A stretch of DNA of 64,000 bases from Psilocybe cubensis. Lineage: Eukaryota. Made by a program: the position numbers and the translations under genes. The notes below the pieces were generated by a model. That model made no database searches. It had not been told where the DNA came from and saw only the letters and a program-made list of their open reading frames with translations. Shown piece after piece: positions 13,010 to 24,381 of this stretch (position 1 is the stretch's first letter; the number at the start of each line of letters is the position of its first letter). The DNA lies in contig CM039002.1 of the NCBI GenBank assembly GCA_017499595.2, positions 2,418,001 through 2,482,000 on the forward strand, written 5' to 3'.

Positions 13010-14061
13010 TGGAGGGTAAGGATATTGGAAACATTTCTGTACGGGTTAATAAGGAAGAATTCGCGGTCTTGCAGAACCCAGTAACTTGAAGCTACGTTCC
13101 TATTGTGATCGTCATAAACAACAACACCAATTCGGCAAACAGGGTCCGCCTCGCTTCTTCTTAGCTAACACAATAAAGCTTTCTCCAAAAGACGTCAAGA
13201 GTCACAATAAGCCCTCCTCTCACAGTGTATTCGTGACAAACTCGTGTATCAGCTGTTCAATTGTCTTCAGAGACTCACTAACTCCCATGGAAAACCCACG
13301 AACCACCGACGAGCAATTTGCTACCGAGCACGATCTCGAATGCATATGAGGCTTATTCTGGCCTTTTGAGAACAGAAACGACACTCGTCGTCCGGAATAA
13401 AGCGGTCGCACCAGGTCCCTATCTCGGTATTCTCATGGAATCGTTATTGAGCGCCCTCGAGGACGACAGGGTTCAATGATTACGCCAATAGGTCTCCACC
13501 CGATATCAAAGGTGTGCTTCATTTCTGCTCCTATTTTTACCTCGCTGAATACAATTGACGATGACAAGCTCTGCATATCCCTCGAGTCACCCATCAGAAA
13601 GAGTCAGGGATGGGCTTCGTGCCCCGTGCCTCCGTATTAATCGTCCTCGAGGGGTATGGGGAAAGTGGCTTTTCTTACGGCACGGCGTTATCGAGACGCG
13701 GCGTTCAACCTAGCAATGAAAAAGAAGAATGATAATGCAAGTACGCTATGGTTGCATTATGCTTTAGAAGCTCAACTGCAGTGCCTGAGTAGAATAAAAA
13801 AGGTGTGAGTGAAATAACGTCATGTATAATTCTGACTGCATCTGACTGGATTGCACAGGATCTGAATCGCTGTCTCGCCCTAAGTGTTAAGAGTTACAGT
13901 ATACGAAGCAAGCCTTTGAAGGACGTTTCACTGCAATGTCAAAAATATAGAATTATATTCTGTTCAGAATATCCTCTTTGTTCAAAACATAGAAGTGAAA
14001 GCTCTCATTTTTAGTGTGTCGCTCCCCGTAGGTTCAGAAAGTTCAGATTGGATAGGCAAGT

Positions 14062-14074
14062 AGTAGGTCTGAGT
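14062..14074 (+). repeat. Left target-site duplication of the LINE (mate at 15851-15863)
   Basis: AGTAGGTCTGAGT is identical on both sides of the element. Confidence 0.9.
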
Positions 14075-15850
14075 CTGGGGGAATACTAGCACTGGAACTA
14101 GCGAGAAAAGAACAACCAAGCCGAGAAGACGAAATCGCTATCTTCAGCGACAACCAGTCGCTACTGAAAAATGCAGAATCCCCCAGAGCTAAGTCAGGCC
14201 AACATCTAATGGTGACATTGACTGACGCAGCGAGGCAGATACAAGGAAGAATAATTCTATACTGGATATCGGGTCATTCAGACGTCCTTGGAAATGAAAG
14301 GGCGGACGAGGAAGCCAAAAGGGCGGCTGAGGGCGACAGCAGCCCACAGGAGGAACTACTTGCATCCCTCCGACAAAACCTGCCGAAAAGCGTATCAGCA
14401 CTGAACGCCGTTCGCCCACCCGATTTTCCAGATCACGTGGGTGTTTAGCTCGCGGCAGATGGCGGCTGGTTCAACATCCTCTTGGCATCCACCAAGACAC
14501 CTCGTCAGGTTTACTTATGTCTCTGAGATGGGCATGTAGTTACTGTAAAGCGCCATATACTCACGGCACTTAGAACGCGATTCTAACCAAATGGAGTCAT
14601 CATCAAACATCCCTAAACATGTGTTGTGGTTGACCGCGTGAATCGAAGTGGACTTGGACATGATTGTTCAAATTGGCATCGTTTCTAGGTAATTCAAACA
14701 TTATACTATTGACACACTCAGTTGCATTAGCACTAGAAATGAAATTAAGGACAGAATATAGTCATACTATTCATATTGTAGAGTGTTTAAAAGGAAATCT
14801 TGTGTAATCATTAAGAAGAACTTAAAGACTATTTCAACTGATCACTTCCGTTCTCCAACAAGAGGTTGGTAACAATCGCGTTCTAAGTGCCGTGAGTATA
14901 TGGCGCTTTACAGTAACTACATGTCCATCTCAGAGACATAAGTAAACCTGACGAGGTGTCTTGGTGGATGCCAAGAGGATGTTGAACCAGCCACCATCTG
15001 CCGCGAGCTAAACACCCACGTGATCTGGAAAATCGGGTGGGCGAACGGCGTTCAGTGCGTATCAGCGGAAAGACAAGCATACCACGCCGAGCTACTCACC
15101 ATATGGAACGACCGATGGGATGAATCAATACGGAAGCGGATATACAAACAGAAGGACATCGACAGCGAGTTCCCCTTCACGAGGTTCAGAAGGGTAGCAC
15201 AAAAGCTGAACAGAGCACAAGCAAGCGCGCTCATCCAAATACGAACGGGTCACGTACCACTCAACGCGCACTTGAGCAAGTTCGAACGCAATTTCAACCA
15301 ATACTGCCCCATGTGCAGGGGAAGAAGAGCTGGACAACGAGCAACAGAAACAGTGGAACACTACCTTTTCGAATGCGAGGGCCACAGCGAACAGAGGGAG
15401 GAGATGACACCAGCATAGAAAAACTCACGACGAATCAGACGTATGCAAGAGCGCTGGTATGATATATTGCGAGAACGAGGAGGCTACGCTACTACAAAGA
15501 CAATATCATGACAAGAGGGTTAGACGAGAGGGAATGAGAGGAGGAGAGGAACACCAAAACAAAAGACGCCCATCAAAGGACGCAACGTAAGGAAAAGAAG
15601 AAAAAGGAACTGGTAGACAGGGGGAAAAGACTACCAACAAGGAGCCTCTTGGAGGCGCCACATCGAACAACCTTGGGAAAGGTTGGATCCAGTAGAGGGA
15701 CGTGAGGGCCCTCTAGGAAGTTGATGCGGGCCGAGGAAAAGAGCAACCGACTCAGGGAGTCGAGTAGGTAGAGTAGACAGTACTAGGCCAAAGGAGGGGC
15801 CCTCCCCTTAGAGGCATTAACACAAAACAAAAAAAAAAAAAACAAAAAAA
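14075..15850 (+). mobile_element. 5'-truncated LINE (Tad-like non-LTR retrotransposon): ORF2 RNase H and C-terminal Cys/His region, 3' UTR and poly-A tail
   Basis: RNase H motifs IAIFSDNQS and YWISGHSDVLGNERADEEAK, then LIQIRTGHVPLNAHL and CPMC...ETVEHYLFEC. A-rich tail at about 15824-15850. Exact 13-bp TSD AGTAGGTCTGAGT at 14062-14074 and 15851-15863. Confidence 0.92.
14399..15057. mobile_element. Non-autonomous fold-back DNA transposon (MITE-like) nested in the LINE
   Basis: 184-bp TIRs at 14399-14582 and 14874-15057, with 2 mismatches by eye, around an AT-rich core of about 290 bp with no ORF. Direct repeat CGTATCAG at 14391-14398 and 15058-15065. Removing the element restores the LINE frame (...LPKSVS|AERQAY...). 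Confidence 0.93.
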
Positions 15851-16846
15851 AGTAGGTCTGAGTGATGGAGAGCTCAGCGGCTAGGAGGCCTCTTCCGACT
15901 CTCCGATCCCTACTACTCTACCTGCGTTATTAACCTATTGTACTGGCGTAGTAGAATGGTAAATGTCATTGGTTGAGTATAATCAACAGTGACTGTTAAT
16001 CCACAGATGTATCAATTGAATGTGCTCGGAAAAGCGATGGTGCAGCCCGGAACAATACCCCCAACCACAACAGTGATATCATATTTCTAGGCGGTAGCGC
16101 GACCACTCAAGTACTCAGAAACTCGGTAACTTCCCGTCCATGCCGAAAATGAGTGCTTGACTTCAACGGTGTGGAAATTATGCCGCCGAGAAATCAAGGT
16201 GTATAAAAAAGAGATTGGAGATATTATATTTACTATATTTACTAGTCATTGTGTAAACAGTCGGGATGGGCGAAAATGCTCATTGTCTGCTTGGATATTG
16301 AACACACACATCGGCGGAGTGAAAATCCATGGCGCGGAAATCATGGAGAGTGACAATAAAGATGGGTATACAGAAGACAGAAGTAGGAGACCAGTATCAC
16401 ATAGGCGGACCCCAACGCCAAAAATACACGATTGAAGATTTAAATTAGACCTGAGCTGTCCCACCAACCGTAGGTGTGCATGATGTTAGCAGGTTTGTAG
16501 CAGACGTACAATGCTTAAACGCATCGGTGGTGGTGGAAGGCGAGTCTGAGAAAATAGACGTGTGTGGCGTGAAGGCGTACCCGTTGAGAAGGGGTACTTT
16601 CGAACCAAAAATTAACGGTATATCAACTTAAAACTACAGAAAACACTGTTATTACTCCACCGTACTTTCAATTAGCCAAAAATTTAGGCTTCGGAATCAT
16701 TTATCCTTTACCGCATCCTTTCAGTCGTCGAATTTCGGGGAGAGCAAGTCAATTTGCAGCAATATTTTTTGCGCCGAACCAAATCTACAATGTCATGATA
16801 GTCATGTCCGTGTAAATGAGAAAAACAAGAGTAGCAAAGACATAAG

Positions 16847-18715
16847 TTAGTAGAATGTGGAACGCATTGAAGTGATCCCATAAGTGACAACGGGCACGTC
16901 CGACTCGTACCCAGGAGGCGCAGACATCCTAGGACGAGGACCTGGTGCATAAGACGTCACAATCTCCACCGGATACTCTATCAGCGGTGATATATCCGCT
17001 GATACGAATCCAGGAGCATCAAAGGGGAGTAGAACAACAGTATACTAGCAGACATCAATAAACGCGACAAGAAGCAAAGCACTGGACTCACCTCTATGCG
17101 GAAATGGGCCATCGAAGACGTGGGTTTAATATCCGCTCTGAGATGCAGCTCCCCATTGACAAACCGCTGACTCTGGGAATCTTCTGGCCTTTTTGTAGAG
17201 GGCCACCATATCGCGAGTTGGGAGTCGTCAATGGTGTCTTTCCAGGCGAGAGACTCCATTGTCTTGTCTGCGTTCATGCGACACCGTACGCGGCGGCGTA
17301 GGCGCGCGACAACTGCCTTTGGCGAGGATAATAAGTCGAGGGCCTGCGTATCCGCGCTTTCCAGGCTAAGGCAGACCGGAAGGACAGAGCTGCGTGTGTA
17401 GGAAAGCTGATGCAGAAGGTTAATTCACTCCCTCAAGAAGCTCTTGTCTACTTACAGGTTTAGCAAGATAGAGCTATCAATCGAGTTGAATAAAAATTGA
17501 CTAGCACAGGGCTGCATCACATACCGTGCATTTCACCTGTGTAACCCGATTATTAAAAATGGTGCCCTTGATGTGAGCTGGCTCTGGCGAGAACCAACCC
17601 TCCGGATCAATGGTAGGACCTAACAACGTCGTTCCTTCTTCATAGGCAAGGCGTCGAAGCGTGGAGAAAGGCGGCGGACGAGTGATGGGGATATATCCAA
17701 ATGTCGATGCAACTCTATCAACCACGTTAACACAGCAGCGAAAGCAACAGCGCACAACACGCGCACCTGTAGTCCGCCCTCAACTTCCCTTTAGTAAGCT
17801 GCAGAGAGACTTCATAGAGCACACTCGCACGCGCATGTCGCTCGCTGAACGTCTGTGGGAGCGCGAACGTCTGCGGTTCCCCTTTCAAACCGCCCGAAAG
17901 AACCACCACCTGCTTCGGAAGGTCCACCTTGAACGGCCATGTGTACTCGCCCTGTAGCTTCCCGGTGAACTTAGGTGTACTAGGCTCCACACTGGGCGCA
18001 GAGGTCGTGGTGGCAGGAGCGGTCGTTGATGCAGTTGGAGTGGGGGTGGAGTTCCCATCATCCGAGCTCGAGTTGAGTGGTTCCCCATCGCTTTGGGACC
18101 AAGGAACACGCGAGATGTCGACGAACGTCAGATGTTCGTTTGGACCAGCACCTGTGATGACCTGTCCACGAACCTAGTAATTGAGATTCGGAGATTTCGA
18201 GAAAAATGATGAATGATGTCGGGAAAACGGAAAAGGGGTAAAGATAGGGGCAACAGGTAACATTGAGACCATTCACATTCAAGTTAATTCAACAGCTATT
18301 ATCAGTTGTTTGTCAATCAAATGGTGGCCAGAGAAAGACTCACGGTGACAACCACAGACTGTATGGTTTCCGGCTTCTCGAGGTTCAGCTTAACCCTCCC
18401 TTTAATTGGCTGGCCTTGCGCATAGGTTGGAATACCTTTCGACAAGGCGCTGTCCGCGATCAAGGTTAGCGTTGCAATAGTCTTGCCCTTCTTCTTCAGC
18501 TCGCTATGGAACTCCTTTGGCTGGGAACTTCCTAATGCCCCTTCAGCTCCGATTCCGTGGCCGTTGTTGCTACCTGAAGACGCGGGCGGCGGAGGGACAT
18601 ACGCCGGCAACTCTGAATCTAGTCTGATGCTTGTGGTTTCATTGAGAGGGGAGGAGTAGTCTGGGGGCAGGAAGCCGGGAACGCTCTGGGGAGGCACTGT
18701 CTGTGTTGCGGACAT
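16847..18715 (-). CDS. Arrestin-like protein, copy 3 of 4
   Basis: Motifs: IPTYAQGQPIKGRVKL, YTWPFKVDLP, LPQTFSERHARASVLYEV and GPTIDPEGW. PPDY and LPAY are N-terminal. The last exon reads ...APPGYESD...STFY, with the stop at 16847. Confidence 0.8.
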
Positions 18716-19115
18716 GATGGTGGTTCACAGTCAAGGAACGTACGCGGTACACTACATTATAATTTATCCGATTGACCTCTGCGAGAAAATACTCCATGAG
18801 GACGACATTAACTCACGCGACAAGGCCGAAACCGGATACGTGATGCCCTCGGAAACTATGATCGCAGGAATGATGATGCTTCAGCATACTTGAAATTGTG
18901 ATAGGCGCTCGCTTCTGAGGGACAGGCAATGATAAGCCAATACTTAGTCAGGTTTAAATCATTAAGCTTAGAAGGACAAAACCACTGCTCGAGCACAGTA
19001 TCCCTAGATATGTAGAAGATTTTATTGCTATTTTTTCAAATAGGCAAGACGATGCGTTATTTTCAAGGAGCGTCGCCAAAATGAAAGTTGAATGCCTCGA
19101 TTCGGGGTTTTTACT

Positions 19116-20917
19116 TCAAAGAAGTCCAATATCTGCGGTGGATATTGTGTTCGTTGGAGTGAGAACAGGTGCTTCTGACAGGTATCCGGAAGGAGCAGTT
19201 ATTCGAGGTTTAGGACCCAGGGCATACGCTGTAACAATCTCAACAGGGTGTTGGATGAGAGGCTTGCGCTCCATCAACACAACGCCTGGAGACTCGAAAG
19301 GGAAAAGTACAACAGAGTACTATCACCGTGTTAGAACATTTAAATAGCATGTCTTTCACGTCACGATACCTGAATCCGAAATTGTGCCACTGCAGAAGTA
19401 GGTTTAAAATCTGCTCTGAGGTGTAACTCCCCATTGACGAATCGTAGCTGTCCGGAACGGTGGGATTCTTCTGCAGATGGCCACCAGACCGCAGGTTGAG
19501 AGATATCGACTCCGTCTTTCCCAGCCCACGATTCCAAGTTGTTTTCTGCGTTCGAAAAATACCGTATTCGTCGTTCTAGACGTGCCACTATCGCCTTGGG
19601 GGATGATAGCAAGTCAAGTACCTGTTCGTCCATGCTTTCCAGACGAAGGCATAGTGGAATTACCGAGCCTCTCGTATACGAAAGCTACACGTGGGAAAGA
19701 CAAGTTAGCGAGATATACACCCTCACCCACGCTGGCAACTTGAAAACTCAGTAGATGACTCACAGGCTTGGCCAGAAAAAGCTGAGAAGAGGTGGAACCT
19801 GACTTTGAATCTACTGTTCATAAGTTCAAAAGTGGCACTTACCGTAGATTTTATTTGCGAGTTCCTACTATTGAAAACCTTTCCCCTAATGACGACGGGT
19901 TCACAAGAAAACCATCCGTCTGGGTCAATTGTAGGCCCAAATAGAGGCAAACCTTCCTGGTATGCAAGCGCTCTCATGAGTGGGAATGGTGGGGGCCTCG
20001 ATTGTGGAATATATCCACATGCCGCTGGTATTCTGAGCACATAGATAGATAATGTTGGCTAAATCTGAATAATAATTAACGTATGGCACACATACCTGTG
20101 ATCTGCCCTTAGTTTCCCCCTTGAAAGCTGAAGTGATACTTCATAAGTAATACTCGCCCGTGCATGCCGTTCGTAGAACGTCTGAGGCAGGCTAAAGGTC
20201 TTTCCGCCCCATACAACCTGATTTGGTAACTCAATGGAAAAGGGCCACATGTAGTCGCCCTGTAGTTTCCCTTTAACTTTCGATGGCTGACTGCTGTTTA
20301 GGCTGGACGCAGCAGGGGCCTGTTCTTGGGTAGCTGGGGCGTTTGAGTGATTGGAGTTTATCGACATTTGTTCGCCACCAGTGGCAGGTGACCACAAAGT
20401 GTGTGATATTTCGATAAAAGTCATTTGCTCGCCACGGTTGGCTCCCATGATAACCTGTCCGCGTATCTGTATAGTATATAGAAGAATATACGCTGCCATA
20501 TAAGCTCCCAATGAATCATTTGCTAAGGTGTGACATTGAACTCACAGATACAATGACGGACTGCAACGCGTCCGGTTTGTCGAAACTCAGTTTGACCCTC
20601 CCTGTAATTGGCTGACCCTCCAGAAAAGTCGGCATATGTTTCGAGTAAGTTCCCTCTGCAATCAACGTCAAGCTGGCGAACACCTTGCCCCTCCGTTTCA
20701 AATCATAATAAAACTCTTTTGGCATGGACTGCCGCAGTTCCCCTTGAGCGGTTGGGGCAGAGTTCGTCCGCCTGGATGGAGGCGTGTAAGCTGGCAAATT
20801 GCTAGGTTGTAGGGAGGGAAATGCATCATCGCTGGTCGTCGATTCCCCAGGTGCGATTGGCAGTGTATAAGAGGGAGGGAGTGAACCCAAGTCGACATTT
20901 GAGTGCACAGCAGACAT
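19116..20917 (-). CDS. Arrestin-like protein, copy 4 of 4
   Basis: Motifs: MPTFLEGQPITGRVKL, YMWPFSIELP, LPQTFYERHARASITYEV and GPTIDPDGW. PPSY and LPAY are N-terminal, APSGY is C-terminal. Stop at 19116. Most similar to copy 3. Confidence 0.8.
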
Positions 20918-21229
20918 GGTGGTGATGGTGGCCTGGAATCAAGAGTTTGTACCCTACTACGGAACGGTATCATATGCCAGTGGTACTACTTGAGAACATT
21001 CAGGCTATTTATGCACACTCACGAGGTAACAGACCGCTTTCTAGTAGTCGTACTGTTCAGGACACAATTTAATCAGTCTTCGTGCCAGTAAATGACTGAT
21101 GAATGACTGTCGGGACCCATTTCCATATTTTACAGTAGAGGAAGCGGAAACAACCCTTGCTGAAAGCAAGTTGAAAGGGACAAGAAAGGGGCAGTTTTTC
21201 TGGTCGCTCTTTGCCAGTATTTATAATGC

Positions 21230-22550
21230 TGTGCTGTTCGGATCATCAATTGTGGACGTCGTGCCGAGACTCTAATTCCATCTCCGATTGTTTCTCAGCG
21301 GTACCCTTTGCCTCCCTCTGGTCCATTGTTCGAATTCAGATCCCCGCAACTCGTCCCAGTGCTGAAGCTCGTACACAACATCATATCTCCTATCGCACTG
21401 ACTGGAATGATCTTCTCAGGTGCCTCTAGACTCCAAATCTACTTGACATATACAAGGAGGTGACAGGATACCTAGCGATCCGAACCTACAATTCATCCAA
21501 CTTCAAGAACTCGGCGCGGTGGGAACACATGCACATCGAAAACCTAGATTACTCGATTATGAAACTCAATGGTACAGATTCACAGTTCTTAGATATGCTA
21601 CGCACCTTGGATATTTGAAACTTTCCAGGCCAAAGGATCCAAAGAACCTGTGTTTTCAGGCTGCCTTTGTGTGGAATACCCTGTCCAAAGGACGTTACTA
21701 TCATCGTGATGATATACGTTGACCCCACATGTCACTAAGGCGTCAATTTCGAGCCCGAATATCTTCGACCTTTTACAAGTGGCTCCACATCTGTTACAGT
21801 GCAGCTGGGTGATTGCACTTAACATGCCAGGATAAGCGTCGAAAGCACAAATGTATTCCGAACCCGTTGTCCATGATTCTATTCAATCATTCAAAATACA
21901 AAACTTACCACCATGTATCAGATACCAATTTTTAACAAACTAAGATTATAGTATCAGGCTTTATAACATACGAGCTCAAAAACTCGCTTACTTTGGAGCG
22001 GAACAGCTTTTTGGCACATATCAAACATTCTTCTTGGTCTTTGGCATTCCTATCCATATGTTATACCGGCGCCTCTTTCGAAAATCTGGTCAATGTCTTG
22101 GTGTAAACTCCTCTTGTAACTCAATTGCATTTATCTTCTGAAGCTGATAATGAATGCAAGCATCGCTTCTTGAAGTTACTAGGTAACACCGCTAGGAACG
22201 ATTCGTGGATACAAACTGCGGACAACATTCAGAAGCAGTTACTTCCGAAGCTACAAACCCTTGAGTTCATAAGAACTGACACAATGATGTCTTCTATTGA
22301 GCGTCGCAGAGTGTTTTGGGAGCACATTGCTGATATTTTTGGAAATATCTCAGATATTGGGCAACCACATACTCGACCTTTGAACAAATCAAAGGTCAGT
22401 TGGCATCTGACAGACGCATCGACGACTGTAGAAGGAGATGAGGCTACGAAGGAGACTTTTGTGAACTTGCTTGCACCTGTTATGCCAACGGGTGTATCCC
22501 TCGACTTCCGGGATTCGACGCTCGCATACGATCTAATACAAATTGGATGA
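21230..22550 (+). pseudogene. Degenerate F-box/LRR-type gene
   Basis: Family-like fragments lie in changing frames with in-frame stops: ASLWSIVRIQI, SARWEHMHI, FDLLQVAPHLLQC and LLPKLQTLEFI. Boundaries are approximate. Confidence 0.5.
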
Positions 22551-24381
22551 AACAACATGAAATGACCTCTTTATTATAATTTTGGTAGTTAGTTGGATCG
22601 GTACCCACTGCGAAAAATTTCATTGGTAGGTTGGACCTTGCCATGGTTTGACTGTATTTCTTTTATTGTATTTTGTACGCCTCCATCTTCCCCTCAAACA
22701 AGAGGCTCCTCGAAACTTCTCCGAACGAACACGGAACATCACAACGTCGGGAGAATCTGATGGGACATGTTAATCGATTGAGCATAAATCAGGAGGCCAA
22801 GAATAGCACATTGTCAAGGTATCATTCGTAGTTGTAAGTAAGTGAATTGAAAATTGATTCATTCGATAATTCTCCGAACTGCACATGTGTGACACCCTCA
22901 GCCGTTTGCCTTAAGTCCTCTATCACTTGTCATTGCTAACATTTGCTTGCTGACGGTAAGTTTACCAGCTATGTATGGCTGCATTGTGGCAGATGAATGT
23001 GCAGTGTCGTTCGGATTTTGTAGTGACGAATTTATCTTACCTTCGGTATGAATATATCAGACTTAGACGATAATAGACGTCGATGAACAGCCTGCAGCTA
23101 TGCCCTCCGTCGGGCGCGCGACGCCAGCACACATGCATAGCTGTTCAGACAAATTATTATCTTCGACAGGTCTATTCCCGGGCCAACATACAGACAAATT
23201 GTTTCAAACAGTTAATCTATCACATTCATTACATGTAGAAACGTATAAAGAGACTGAGGGATTTGTACTCCGCATCTGTAGCACTCTCCTACTACTAGTA
23301 AAGATGCATTTCAAGGTTGGCAAGTTCACAACCATCACCTTGACTGTCGTTGCATCCACCCGCGTCTCTGTGAATGCTGCAATACTACCTAGAGTGAGTC
23401 TATAGCATTCGGAATGGCTGTTCTATTTGAGCTTATCAATTATAAATTACGTAGAAAGACCTCGCCCAGCTCTCCGTTGTTTTCTTCGACAACGTCAATT
23501 TGACCGGAGCAGCTTTCTCTCCCGATAGTCTCATTGAGACCGTATGCAGCACATTACCAGCAGATTGGCTTGACAGGCCACAGAGCATTCTTATGGGCCC
23601 TGGGTATAGCTGCACATTCTTTGAGTGAGCATCGTCATTATGAGTATTGAAGATATCGACTTACTTTTGTTTAACTCAGATTCGAAGGGTGCGACGGCTG
23701 CGGGACAACTCTGACTGGAACCAGCATGTCTCTCCCAGATCCCTCTCTTTTTAACAATATTGAATCTTTTTCCTGCAACAAGTTATTGCCAGGAGGTTGC
23801 CCAAGTACCGATGGTCTAAAAAGGCGTACCACTTTGTCTTTCGCTAAATAACCCCATTTTTCAAGATATTTGACTATATCATGGATGAAAAAAGTATATA
23901 GTATCGTATTGAAATTTAATATTGCATCCTTTTGCTGCACTTGAATTTAAATCGTTCGCCAACACCAACTCACACTGGGGAACCGTGAGAATAATTCGGC
24001 AAGCCGTCGCCTGTTGCCGACTTTTCATCCGAATGTTTTTCGACGTCTAGGCTGGCGTCCATGCAACGTTGTCCATTCTTCACAACGGCAGCGGGGACGA
24101 AGAGGACGGAGATCCCCAGTACGTGGTTGCCGTACAACTCTTATTTGACACTAACATCAATCTCGCTTCAGTTTGACTCAGAAATTGCAATTTTTGCTCT
24201 CGGCACCGAACACATCTTGCCATCTCACAACCACCTTCATCCTGGCATCCTCTTCACATTTCCAGTTTTCCTTTCAATATCTATACTATATTTCGTCCGA
24301 TCTTAATATCTGGGACAAAAGGTGCTGGCATTTCTTTCTATGAATTCTCTTTTCTCACCTAAAATCCAGGACATCGTGGTC

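Noticed and set aside
13454..13653. 13-bp inverted repeat CCCTCGAGGACGA / TCGTCCTCGAGGG
   Set aside because: No TSD and no extension. It is built around a palindromic XhoI core and may be chance.
14069..14074. CTGAGTGA at the reconstructed LINE target, resembling a hammerhead ribozyme core (also CTGATGA near 47500)
   Set aside because: No correctly placed GAAA and no stem II/III geometry.
14883..15080. Short ORFs over the TIRs, including the N-terminus of ORF 15020
   Set aside because: These are artefacts of the inserted element. Only the part after 15058 is LINE ORF2.
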